DNA from: a bacterium
GTDB lineage: Bacteria; Patescibacteriota; Minisyncoccia; Moranbacterales; UBA2206
Direction of reading: 5' to 3'
NCBI GenBank assembly: GCA_029567195.1
Contig: JAKQLJ010000020.1
Location: 3,971-67,970 of the forward strand
DNA length: 64,000 nt
Shown here: piece by piece, positions 40,435-50,105 of the stretch
How positions within the stretch are numbered: the first letter of the stretch is position 1
Layout of the letters: each line of letters starts with the position of its first letter
Made by a program: the position numbers and the translations under genes
Notes under the pieces: generated by a model
What the model saw: the letters and a program-made list of their open reading frames with translations, nothing else
Databases searched by the model: none
What the model was told of the DNA's origin: nothing

Positions 40435-41335
40435 AATTTTAGTCAGTCTTTTTTTTCTGTGGCTGGTTGTTTATAAGACCGACTGGCCGGAGGTAATGTT
40501 TTATCTTAAAAAAATAGAGATCTGGCAGATAATATTATATGTCGTTGTCTTGCTTTTGGGTATACTCATTTCCGCTTATAAGTGGAAAAAGCTGGCAGAA
40601 TTCAAGGAAATTAATTCTTCTCTTTGGGATTTTTTCAAGCTTTATCTGGTAGGAACTTTTATCAATAATTTTATGCCTTCCTTTATTGCTGGCGATGCTT
40701 TTAAGGCTTATGCCATAGCCGGAAAGGAAAAAAAATACAACGAAGCCGTTTCCACCGTTATGATGGACAGAATCACGGGACTAATTGGGATAATGATCCT
40801 TTCCCTCATGTGCAGTATTTTGAATTTTAAAATGGTGTTGGGAAACGGAATTTTGATAACCATTAACATTCTTATCATTCTTTCTCTCTTTGCTGATATT
40901 ATCATTGCTGAACTTAAAAAAATAACTTTTCTAAAAAATTGGGTGTCCAGGGTTATGCCGAAAAGAGTGATTGATTTTCTTCGCGAGCTTTATAGCTATA
41001 ATAATAATTCTGAAATAATAAAAAAAACCATCTTTCTTTCTTTGGTTTTTTCTCTTGTCGGCGTGGCTTTTTTAAATTATATTCTTTTTTGGGGGCTGGG
41101 AATAGAAATCGGGTTTCTGGATTATCTCTCCGTCATTTTTATAATTAGCATCATTTCTTCCCTTCCTATAAGCATTAACAATATCGGGCTTAAGGAATGG
41201 GCTTATATCACTTTTTTCGGCCTATTTGGCGTAACTTCCGGAGCAGTGGTGGCTGTTTCCGTCATCAGCCGATTTTTGCAGATGGCGGTAAGCTTTTTTG
41301 CCCTGCCGGCTTACCTGAAAGCCAAGAAAAAATAA
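40406..41335 (+). CDS. UPF0104 / LPG-synthase TM flippase-like protein
   Basis: NNFMPS..GD, DRxxG and LPISINNIGLKE motifs. Start moved to the ATG at 40406. Confidence 0.75.
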   Translation: MKKYLKIFLKILVSLFFLWLVVYKTDWPEVMFYLKKIEIWQIILYVVVLLLGILISAYKWKKLAEFKEINSSLWDFFKLYLVGTFINNFMPSFIAGDAFKAYAIAGKEKKYNEAVSTVMMDRITGLIGIMILSLMCSILNFKMVLGNGILITINILIILSLFADIIIAELKKITFLKNWVSRVMPKRVIDFLRELYSYNNNSEIIKKTIFLSLVFSLVGVAFLNYILFWGLGIEIGFLDYLSVIFIISIISSLPISINNIGLKEWAYITFFGLFGVTSGAVVAVSVISRFLQMAVSFFALPAYLKAKKK

Positions 41336-41341
41336 TCAGCA

Positions 41342-42361
41342 TCAGTGCCCTATTTTTTCCAAATGCACCCCATTTTTGTTCCACTCCAGAAAGGCCCAGC
41401 TTCCTTGGTTATTGCTTAGCCTGTTTATGACAAAGTATTTTATCCCATCTCTTTCTTCTTCATGCCAGATGTGGGCGTCGCCGGAAACGGCGATTATTTT
41501 TTTGCCGCTTTCTTTGAGTATTTTTTGAACTTCACCGGCATTGTCTATTTCATAAATTTTTTCACCGGTATCAAGCCTGAAAAGGGGATGATGGCTGATA
41601 ATGATCACTTTTTCTTTTTTTGTTTTTTCCAGCTCATTTCGGAGCCAGTCCAATTGGAGGAGGGAAATTTTTCCCCGGTCAAAAGAACGACTGTTTCTTA
41701 TGTTTTTTTCTTCCCTGAAATAGGAGTCTTTTCGCCGGTCTTTTTCCCATTCCAATCTTTCCCGGGAAATATTATTTTTTTTTGAGAAATTATCAAACTT
41801 TTCCTGGTCTTTTAATATGTCCCGATAAAGTTCATATTGAGTTTTTAACTCTTGGCAATTTTCATCTTCCGAGCATCTATTTTGAGTTCCTTCTCCGCCG
41901 GTCGCGGTGTCCAGAATAATTATTTTAAAATTTTTCAATTCTATCGAATAGTAGGAACTTTTTAATCGGTTGGTTCTTAACCAAAAATCAAAAGAAGAAG
42001 AATTATCAATATCATGGTCGCCCAAAACGTTTAAAAAAGGAAAATTTTTATTGGAAAAATAGTCTACTGTTTGTCTCAGATCAATCTCGGCTGTTTCGTG
42101 GCATTTACCTACGCGATAACTCAAGAGATCGCCAAGATTTATAATTGCATCCGCTTTTTCCGTCTCAACATCAGTTGTAAAATCATTCAACAGCCCGTCT
42201 TTTTCTATTTCCGGACTAAAAGGCAGGCATTTATGCATATCAGCGATGAGTGCCAATTTCAATTGCTCGTTTTTTTCTTCCTTTTTTATTTTTAAAAATA
42301 TAAAAAATATGGAAAAGATAAAAAGGATAAAAATCGCGGAAAAGATGATATTTTTTTTCAT
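41342..42361 (-). CDS. Membrane-anchored calcineurin-like metallophosphoesterase (variant motifs)
   Basis: ADMH, LGD, GDHD, SHH and GDAH motifs; N-terminal TM helix. Confidence 0.75.
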   Translation of the reverse strand: MKKNIIFSAIFILFIFSIFFIFLKIKKEEKNEQLKLALIADMHKCLPFSPEIEKDGLLNDFTTDVETEKADAIINLGDLLSYRVGKCHETAEIDLRQTVDYFSNKNFPFLNVLGDHDIDNSSSFDFWLRTNRLKSSYYSIELKNFKIIILDTATGGEGTQNRCSEDENCQELKTQYELYRDILKDQEKFDNFSKKNNISRERLEWEKDRRKDSYFREEKNIRNSRSFDRGKISLLQLDWLRNELEKTKKEKVIIISHHPLFRLDTGEKIYEIDNAGEVQKILKESGKKIIAVSGDAHIWHEEERDGIKYFVINRLSNNQGSWAFLEWNKNGVHLEKIGH

Positions 42362-42365
42362 AATT

Positions 42366-43952
42366 TTAATTTTTTCCTTCCAATGCCAAAACGGTAAACC
42401 GGCCCAGATTTTTTGAAGCTAGGGTTAGATAACAACATTCATTTTCCGTTTCTGCGTCTTTTGCGTTCTTACTTTTTATAACCATAAATAAAATCGAGTT
42501 TTTGTCCAGTTTTTCTCCGGAAAGGACGGAGATGTTCACACCGGCTCTTTTGTTCAGGTAATTAACAGACCGGCTGAACTCGAAAGGGTAAAGGTAGAGT
42601 TTTTTTCCTGTTTTCTCATTTTTCTTTTGGGAAAAATCATGGATAAATTGGGAAATATCTCGCGCTTCTTTCAGACTTATTCCTCCATAAATATCACTTT
42701 TACCGTTATAATTTTCCAAATCATAAACATTTTTATATGTTTTCAAATTGAAAAAGGCCGAAACTAAAGCGACTAAGGCCATAGCCAGATAAACCGTTTT
42801 TTTATCCAAAAATCTGCTAAAAAAATTGATTAAAAGACCTAAAAAAATAAAAGGCAGAAAGACCAGGACGATGAAAAATCGTAAATTTAATTCGCTGGCC
42901 AGAGGCAAAAACAGAACAAAAGAAAAAGCGAATGACAAAAGGACAAGTCCCAAAAATTTTTTTCTTTTTTCTTCTTTCTCTTTTTGAAAAGACAATATTA
43001 ATCTTATTAACCCAAAAAGAAAAAACAAGCTGCCTGAAAAAGCGGCAATTATTTCCTTGGAGGCGCCAGAGCTGACCAGTTTTTTTACTTTTAGCCAATT
43101 TTTTTGAGGTTCATAGGAAGAAAGGACATAAAAATTTCCCTGCACAAAGAACTGTCCTTCCGCCAAAATATTTTTTACTATCGTGCCGTCTGCTTCTGTT
43201 TTCTTTTCAGCTCCCTTGAAGAAAGAATTAATGTTGTTGCCATTATTTTTTATATCCGAAATTAAAAACGGCAAATTTAAAACGATAGCAATGGTAAAAA
43301 CATAAAGCAATTTGGCTAAAATTTTATTTTGTTTTTTGAAATAGAGAAAAATAAAAGCCGTTGCGACAAGTGCCGGCATCAAAAAAAGAAGAATTGTGTG
43401 CAATTGAATGCCTATGCCCAAAGCTATTCCCAAAATGACAGGCCAAACAAAATCTTTTCTTTCTCTCTTGCCGGCAATTTTTAAAATGGCAATCAAAAAA
43501 AGAAGGATAAAAAAAGGAATAACATTGGGGTTCCAGGCAAAGCGGGAATATTTAATGGCATAAAAAGATGTAGCGTAAAGAAAGCTCAAAAAAAGGGAAA
43601 GAGGTGGCGAAAAATAGTAGCGCAGAAAAAGAAAGAAAAGGGGAATGGAAAGAGTAGCGAGAAGAGGAATGAAAAAAGCCATACCGGCTGGATTATGGCC
43701 GAAAAGAAAAGCGGAAATATATTCCAAATAATAAAAAGCCGGTCCCAACTTGAAAGTGGTTCCGCCGGCTTTTGGGCCAAGGAGGGGAAATTCATTTTTA
43801 TCCATCATTTGGTCAATCACGCTTGCATCCCTTGCCTGGTCGGCGTTAAAGCGGAGAAGATCGGAGAATTGGTAAAATCTCAAAAATCCTCCAATAAAAG
43901 TGATAAGAATTAGCAATAATATAATTTTTCTTCTTTTGATGAAGTTAGTCAT
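42366..43952 (-). CDS. ArnT/PMT-like GT-C glycosyltransferase
   Basis: DQARD, PLLGP, LGPAFYY and YSRFAWNPN motifs. Confidence 0.75.
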   Translation of the reverse strand: MTNFIKRRKIILLLILITFIGGFLRFYQFSDLLRFNADQARDASVIDQMMDKNEFPLLGPKAGGTTFKLGPAFYYLEYISAFLFGHNPAGMAFFIPLLATLSIPLFFLFLRYYFSPPLSLFLSFLYATSFYAIKYSRFAWNPNVIPFFILLFLIAILKIAGKRERKDFVWPVILGIALGIGIQLHTILLFLMPALVATAFIFLYFKKQNKILAKLLYVFTIAIVLNLPFLISDIKNNGNNINSFFKGAEKKTEADGTIVKNILAEGQFFVQGNFYVLSSYEPQKNWLKVKKLVSSGASKEIIAAFSGSLFFLFGLIRLILSFQKEKEEKRKKFLGLVLLSFAFSFVLFLPLASELNLRFFIVLVFLPFIFLGLLINFFSRFLDKKTVYLAMALVALVSAFFNLKTYKNVYDLENYNGKSDIYGGISLKEARDISQFIHDFSQKKNEKTGKKLYLYPFEFSRSVNYLNKRAGVNISVLSGEKLDKNSILFMVIKSKNAKDAETENECCYLTLASKNLGRFTVLALEGKN

Positions 43953-43955
43953 TTT

Positions 43956-45845
43956 TTAATTTTCAAATTTTATTATTTTTACAAAATTGTCCGGACGTCC
44001 GTCAATAAAAAGCGCCCACTCGTAATCAGTTTTCATTTTTTCAAAATAATAGCCGCTGTCCTTTCCGGTAAAATCCGGGTTGGTAAAGACGAATCTTTTT
44101 TTAACTTTCAAATCTCCTCTTTTGGAAATGACAAAATAATCAGGCCGGACGATGTTAAGATCTATTTTTCTGGAGTTTAGGCATTTGCCGTGGAAAAACT
44201 GGCAAATGGTGGCAGTGTTGGACCAAATGATCTTATTTTGGGCGTCAGGAAGAGAGTTGAGATACTGAGCCGCTTCATAAGAGCCGTGCCCCCAGGAATT
44301 ATTAATGGTGAATTTTTTGGGAAGCATGGAATTGGCGTAACTGAAATAGAAGGGACGGATGGACCAAAGCGAATAAAAACTGGTAAAAAAAATAAGACAA
44401 GCGCTGAGGATGAGGATTTTTTTGTTTTTAGATTTTAAAACTTCCAAAAATTCTATCAATGCCACAGCGGAAAGAATGGAAAACAGCGGGTAAAGGATGA
44501 TACTGTAGCGAACGTTGGTTACCACTTTGGTAAAAAGAGTGGCGGTGAAATAGATAAGAAAAAAAGAAAGAGTAAAAAATAGGACGGAGAAAGTCCGGTT
44601 GGTTAATTTTCCGGAAAATGACCGGTAGGAAAGAAAAATAACCAAAAGAAGACCGAGGGGAGTAAGAGAGAAAACGAAAGGATAAAATTCCATCAGCAGC
44701 AGTTTTATGTTTTTTTCAATTACTCCGTCGTTGGCCAAAAGTTTTCCAAAATTAAATTCTTTCGGTTCGTTGGCATAGGCGGCGTCACGAAGAAGATCAA
44801 AAGGAATCGCCTTTTGGCCGCTCCAAACGTTCAGAAAAATGGGAATTATCACCAGGAAAAACATCAAAGAAACAAGAATTATGATAACCGATCTCTTTTT
44901 TCTTAAAAATCCGACTAATTGTTCAAAAATATTTTTTTTGAAGAAAATTATTGCTCCCAGAATAAAAACCAAAAAAGCGCCGATTAAAAAATTGTCTTTA
45001 TTTATAAATTGGGAAATTCCCTTCAAGAGGTATTCCGGCTTAACAAAAACAGCCGGCAAGAGGACGGAAAAAATGGCAATGGCAATGGCAAAAATAAGGG
45101 CAACATTTAAAAATTCTTTGCCTAGGAATTTGTAGTCAGTTTTCGGGCTGTTTTTCGGGTCATCGAAAATAATTTTTGCCAAAATGGCTAAAAGATAAAA
45201 AAGAAAAAGAGTAACGGCGGTGTATTTGGAAAGAATAGAAAAACCGGAAAAAATTCCGGCTAAAATCAAAAATTTCTTTTCTCTTTTGTTTTGAAAAGCG
45301 AGAAAAGAAAAAATGGACAAACTGGCAAAAATCCACAAAAAACTATCAGGATTTATGATTTGAGAAATGCCGACGATAACGGGATTTAAAGAAAGAAACA
45401 TCACGGAAAAAAGCGCCAGCCACCAGAAATCAAAGGCTTTAAAAGCCAGCCATAATAACAGCGGCAAGGAGAGAACGGAAAGTAGAAGAATCGGCAGGCG
45501 AAAAAGCAAATTAATAAGCTCGGTTTTAGAGGTGTCAAAAAGGGTAAAAAGACCGCCCTGAGTGGCAATAGGATCAACTATTTTGTGAGTTTCCGGATTA
45601 GGCTCAAAAAGAAGAGCGGAACCGGAAAAAAGAGCGATGGTTACACCGGGCTTATCATTTATGTAAGTTTTCTTCCAATCTTTGTTTTCTATGGCTTGCC
45701 AATATTGCTTTATCCGGCCGTATTTCCATAAATGTTCGTCGGTGGTTTCAAATTTAGTCAAATGGTAAAGACCGAAGGCGAAAAACAATATCACCGAAGC
45801 CAGAAAAAAAATAACAACGATTGCTTTTTCATTTTTCAAATTCAT
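43956..45845 (-). CDS. GT-C glycosyltransferase (PMT_2-like)
   Basis: TDEHLW, DKPGVT, INPD and SKY motifs. Confidence 0.7.
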   Translation of the reverse strand: MNLKNEKAIVVIFFLASVILFFAFGLYHLTKFETTDEHLWKYGRIKQYWQAIENKDWKKTYINDKPGVTIALFSGSALLFEPNPETHKIVDPIATQGGLFTLFDTSKTELINLLFRLPILLLSVLSLPLLLWLAFKAFDFWWLALFSVMFLSLNPVIVGISQIINPDSFLWIFASLSIFSFLAFQNKREKKFLILAGIFSGFSILSKYTAVTLFLFYLLAILAKIIFDDPKNSPKTDYKFLGKEFLNVALIFAIAIAIFSVLLPAVFVKPEYLLKGISQFINKDNFLIGAFLVFILGAIIFFKKNIFEQLVGFLRKKRSVIIILVSLMFFLVIIPIFLNVWSGQKAIPFDLLRDAAYANEPKEFNFGKLLANDGVIEKNIKLLLMEFYPFVFSLTPLGLLLVIFLSYRSFSGKLTNRTFSVLFFTLSFFLIYFTATLFTKVVTNVRYSIILYPLFSILSAVALIEFLEVLKSKNKKILILSACLIFFTSFYSLWSIRPFYFSYANSMLPKKFTINNSWGHGSYEAAQYLNSLPDAQNKIIWSNTATICQFFHGKCLNSRKIDLNIVRPDYFVISKRGDLKVKKRFVFTNPDFTGKDSGYYFEKMKTDYEWALFIDGRPDNFVKIIKFEN

Positions 45846-45849
45846 AAGT

Positions 45850-48219
45850 TTATAGTTTTTGGATAAATTCTACCTTGGAGACGGAAAATATTTTTATAAA
45901 ATTATTCGGCCGGCCGCCAATTTCGATATTAAAATCCCAATCTGGGGAGTCATAGAGGGGGTAAATTTTTAAGGATGTCAGTCCGGCGTTCAAATGATTG
46001 AGGTTCATGCCGGTTGTTCGGTTTTCTCTGCCTGAAGATACGACAAAATAATCAAATTGAACATTGTCTTCATGCGTAAACTCCACGCCGATATAGCATC
46101 TTCCTTTAAAAAAAGAACAAACGCCTTTTTTATCCGTCCAAACGCCAAGATTTTTGGCGTTAGGCAAATTATTCAGATACTGAGCCGCCTCAAAGGAGCC
46201 GTCTCCCATATCCTTAAGATTGAGAACGTATTTTTTAGGCAGTAGATCGGAAGCATAACTGAAATAAAAAGGCTTTATGGAAAAAAGGCTGAAAAGCGAA
46301 AAAATAATCAGTAAAGAATATAAAAAGATATATTTACCTCGTGCCAGATATGTTCCTTGGTCAAATTCGCCGGTGCGGGTTTTGCGATAACCCAAGTAGT
46401 TTAGAAAATGATGAATTCCGATGGCGGCCAAAATAAAGCCGATAGGGAAAATGATGACCTGATATCTTATGGTCGCGCCGACCAGGTTAATGGTGGAAGC
46501 AAAATAATAAAGAAGAATGAAGAGGACAAAATAAAAAGTTAAAACAGAGTGGGGCGAAAAGTCGTTTTTCCGGAGAGTCTTTTTGATGACAAAAATAATT
46601 AAAAATATAATTGACAAAAAAGCGATGGGCGATATGCCAAAAATCAGGGAATAGAAACTGGAGAAAAAGAGGCCAAAAAATCCAGTTTCCCTGTAAGAAG
46701 TTTTGGGCGAAGCCAGAATTGATTCAAAATCGTACCATTTCATGCCTAAATAAGTATTGGCAAGGACAAAGGCGATGCTTAAGACAAAAAATAAAAGAAA
46801 GGAACAAAGCAGATGCTTTCTTTTTTTAATTAAGGTGGCAATAAGAAAAGATGATATTTTTCCCTTAAGGGCGGAAAGATCAAAAAAAAGAAAAATCATA
46901 ATGGCCGAAAAAAGAAGGTAAACTTTTTGAAAAGCCTGAGAAAAAATTGTGCCTTTAAGAACCAGGGACGGCTCAATCCAGGCGGCTGGCAGAAAAAGGA
47001 AAAAAACCAAAAGGGAGAAAAAAACCAGAACGACATAATCGGCAAGATTTTTTTTAAGGTAGTCTTTCCAAGAAATTGATTTATATTTTTGGCAGTTAAA
47101 CAGATATTCCAAAAACAGAAGAGCGAGAAAAAAAACATAAAAAATATTGGCCACATATTTGGTCAACAGGGAAAAACCCAGAAAGAGTCCGCTGAGATAA
47201 AGATACCGGTCTTTCCTGTCTCTTTGATAGATTATAAAACTCAAAAGGACGCAGGAAGAAAAAATCCAAAGGAGGGCGTCTGGATTTATAATTCGAGAAA
47301 TTCCCAGAAGAATAGGGGAGAGACCGATAAAAATGATGGCTATCAAAGATGTTTCTTTTCCCAGGAGTTTTCGGATAAAAAAATAAAGAAGAAAAAGGGA
47401 CAGGGAGCTGAAAAAGAGAATGGGGAGGCGCATAAAAAAATTCATTTCTTCCACATTTTTTTCTGGCGGGTTGATCTGGCTTTTGAATCTGGTTGATTCG
47501 TAATCTTCCGGATTGACAAAATTAAGTCCCGCGCCGGAAAGAAGAGCCACCGTTATGCCGGGCTTGTCGCTGACATTGGTTTTATACCATTCCCAATCTT
47601 TCAAGTTTTCCCAAAATTTGGGAATTCTGTCAAAAGTCCAAAGCGCTTCATCAACTGCTGAGAATTTTGCCAGATGATAAAGGCCAAAACCAAAGTTTAA
47701 AATTACAACTGTCAGGACCAGGATTATTTCCGCCCGGTTTTTTTTATCGAATATTTTTCCAAAAACGGAAAAGTAATTTTTAATCTTAAAAACGCCTTCT
47801 TTTTTCCTTGCTTTCCAATGAATGATTGTAAAAGCCATAAGAAGAAAAAAAGCGATAATGGAGAGGGGAACAAAATGGTTGATGTTGTAGCAAAAAAGAC
47901 TGCTAGCTTTTTGGCATATCAGCTGATCCAGAGCATAAATCAATACGGCCTGAGTAGGAAAAAAGACGATAATGATTTCCTTGATAATTTTTGGCACGCT
48001 TCTGTTTTTCAGAAAAACCAAGGAAATTACCATAAAAGACAAAAAAATGATCAGATAAGAAAGGGCAAAATAATCCCAAATTTTTCCCGGATCGGAGGGT
48101 GCATTAAACAAGCTGATCCATCGAGGTCGATAAAAGGCGAAGAAAAAGGCGTTAAGAAAGGAAATGAAAGAAATAACCCCAAATGCTACTTTTTTTGAGC
48201 TATTGGTGAAAAAAATCAT
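45850..48219 (-). CDS. GT-C glycosyltransferase, paralog of 43956-45845 with extra N-terminal TM helices
   Basis: VDEALW, DKPGIT, INPD and TKY motifs. Confidence 0.7.
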   Translation of the reverse strand: MIFFTNSSKKVAFGVISFISFLNAFFFAFYRPRWISLFNAPSDPGKIWDYFALSYLIIFLSFMVISLVFLKNRSVPKIIKEIIIVFFPTQAVLIYALDQLICQKASSLFCYNINHFVPLSIIAFFLLMAFTIIHWKARKKEGVFKIKNYFSVFGKIFDKKNRAEIILVLTVVILNFGFGLYHLAKFSAVDEALWTFDRIPKFWENLKDWEWYKTNVSDKPGITVALLSGAGLNFVNPEDYESTRFKSQINPPEKNVEEMNFFMRLPILFFSSLSLFLLYFFIRKLLGKETSLIAIIFIGLSPILLGISRIINPDALLWIFSSCVLLSFIIYQRDRKDRYLYLSGLFLGFSLLTKYVANIFYVFFLALLFLEYLFNCQKYKSISWKDYLKKNLADYVVLVFFSLLVFFLFLPAAWIEPSLVLKGTIFSQAFQKVYLLFSAIMIFLFFDLSALKGKISSFLIATLIKKRKHLLCSFLLFFVLSIAFVLANTYLGMKWYDFESILASPKTSYRETGFFGLFFSSFYSLIFGISPIAFLSIIFLIIFVIKKTLRKNDFSPHSVLTFYFVLFILLYYFASTINLVGATIRYQVIIFPIGFILAAIGIHHFLNYLGYRKTRTGEFDQGTYLARGKYIFLYSLLIIFSLFSLFSIKPFYFSYASDLLPKKYVLNLKDMGDGSFEAAQYLNNLPNAKNLGVWTDKKGVCSFFKGRCYIGVEFTHEDNVQFDYFVVSSGRENRTTGMNLNHLNAGLTSLKIYPLYDSPDWDFNIEIGGRPNNFIKIFSVSKVEFIQKL

Positions 48220-48231
48220 ATCGGATAACGT

Positions 48232-48260
48232 TTGCCAAATGGCTTAATAATGATTAAAAT
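48232..48260 (+). promoter_or_regulatory. Promoter TTGCCA-17-TAAAAT
   Basis: Lies in the divergent gap; implies the gene starts at 48298 rather than 48232. Confidence 0.55.
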
Positions 48261-48297
48261 AAAGAAAGATACGCATCCTCATTATAAACCAAACAAC

Positions 48298-50076
48298 ATG
48301 AAAAATAAAGTCCTGGTGATGTTTAAAAATAAGTATTTTCTGGTCTTTCTGGCAATTATGTTTTTGGGTATTTTCTTGAGAGCCTACCATTTTTCCGACT
48401 GGCTTCATTTCGAATTGGATCAGGCGCGGGACGCTAAAATTACCGATTTGGCTTACCGGGAAGGAGTGGAAAATCTGCCGCTTTTGGGACCGAAAGCGGC
48501 TGGCACTTTTTTGCGGCTAGGACCGGTTTTCTATTATTTTAATTATCTGACTGTTGTTATTTTTGGTAATAATCCGGCTGGAAATGCTGCCAGTTCGCTT
48601 ATTTTTGGCGTTTTATCTATTGTCGTTTTTTATTTTTTAATGAAACGATATTTTGGGGAGAAGATATCCTTGCTTTTAGCGCTTCTTTTTTCTTCTTCCA
48701 TTTTTCTGGTTGTCTACTCGCGTTTTGCCTGGAATCCTAATCCGATTCCTTTTTTCTCTCTTTTGCTTTTTCTTTCTCTTCTCAAGGTGACCGATAAAAA
48801 TGAAAAAAGAAGGGGGGTTTGGCTGGTAGTTTCCGGATTTTCCCTGGCCTGTGTCACGCATATGCATTTTTTGGCTTTTGTTTCCATGCCGGTTATAACC
48901 GCGCTATTTTTGCTTATAAAGTGGCCGAAAATAGCCTGGAAATATTGGCTAATGAGCCTTATGGTGATATTTCTTCTTTATCTTCCGCCAATAATCAACG
49001 ATATCGCCACCGGCGGAGATAATTACGGCCAGTTTTTCAAGGTGGCCGAAGGAAAATCAAATAAAGATGATCACAATTTGCCGGAAAAAGTAATCAAGAA
49101 TTATAAAGAAAATTCTCTCGGATATTTTCTGATTCTGACCGGCCAGGGGCGAACAGAATTGCCAAAAGTGGAAATAAAAAACGAAGTCAATTTGACTTGC
49201 GATCCGAATTGTATGACAAAAGTAAATCTGGGCATGGTGGCGCTGGTTGTTTTTACTGTAGGATTGGGATTGATGATTTTTTATTTCTGGAAAGGGCGAA
49301 AAAATGAAAATAATGATTTTTTGACGCTTTCAGTTTTATGGTTTGCTGTTATTTTCGGCCTTTATACCCTGATTGCTTTTGACATTTCCCCGCGTTTTTG
49401 GCTGGCAGTTTCCGGCTTGCCCTTTATTTTTCTCGGGCTGTTTTTGAAAAGCCTGGAAGATTATTCCCGATTAAACAAGAATCTTATAAATATTTTAGTA
49501 TTCCTTCTGGTGGGAGTCTTGGTGTTTTTTAATCTTTGGGAAGTTAAAAAAAGATTTTGGCAGTATGCCAATGCCCATCAAGAAAGCTTTGCCATTGAAA
49601 CGGATAAAATTTTAAAAGAAAGAACCCGCGTGACTTTGGAACAGCAGTATTTGATTATTGATTATATCGTTGACTTTTATGAAAAAAACAAATATCCGGT
49701 TTATCTTAACAGTGATCCCCAGTTTCGCCGTTCTTTTGTTTTTCATCTGAAAAATAAATCAATTCCCAATGATGATTGGCGAAATGCGGTTATTGGCGGA
49801 AAAGTTTATGCTGAAGGCAACTATTTTCTGGTTTATCCCACGCTTTCTAGCTGGACAGGCGACGTTCAAAAATATGAAAATAATTACCGGTTGATTGATA
49901 AAAAGGAATTTGGAACATTGACCGTTTTTCATCTGGAACCGCTTCCCGGAGCGATTAATTCCCAAAGGCAGGAATTTGAAGAAGATGGAAAAAATAGTAG
50001 CGCACCCGGTGTGCCGGTTCGTTATCAGTGGGATGAAATATTCAATGACGACAGTGAAACCGAAGAAGAAAATTAA
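48298..50076 (+). CDS. ArnT/PMT-like GT-C glycosyltransferase, paralog of 42366-43952
   Basis: DQARD, PLLGPKA, LGPVFYY and YSRFAWNPN motifs. Confidence 0.75.
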   Translation: MKNKVLVMFKNKYFLVFLAIMFLGIFLRAYHFSDWLHFELDQARDAKITDLAYREGVENLPLLGPKAAGTFLRLGPVFYYFNYLTVVIFGNNPAGNAASSLIFGVLSIVVFYFLMKRYFGEKISLLLALLFSSSIFLVVYSRFAWNPNPIPFFSLLLFLSLLKVTDKNEKRRGVWLVVSGFSLACVTHMHFLAFVSMPVITALFLLIKWPKIAWKYWLMSLMVIFLLYLPPIINDIATGGDNYGQFFKVAEGKSNKDDHNLPEKVIKNYKENSLGYFLILTGQGRTELPKVEIKNEVNLTCDPNCMTKVNLGMVALVVFTVGLGLMIFYFWKGRKNENNDFLTLSVLWFAVIFGLYTLIAFDISPRFWLAVSGLPFIFLGLFLKSLEDYSRLNKNLINILVFLLVGVLVFFNLWEVKKRFWQYANAHQESFAIETDKILKERTRVTLEQQYLIIDYIVDFYEKNKYPVYLNSDPQFRRSFVFHLKNKSIPNDDWRNAVIGGKVYAEGNYFLVYPTLSSWTGDVQKYENNYRLIDKKEFGTLTVFHLEPLPGAINSQRQEFEEDGKNSSAPGVPVRYQWDEIFNDDSETEEEN

Positions 50077-50105
50077 AATTATTTTTAATAAAATTAATAA
50101 AATAA

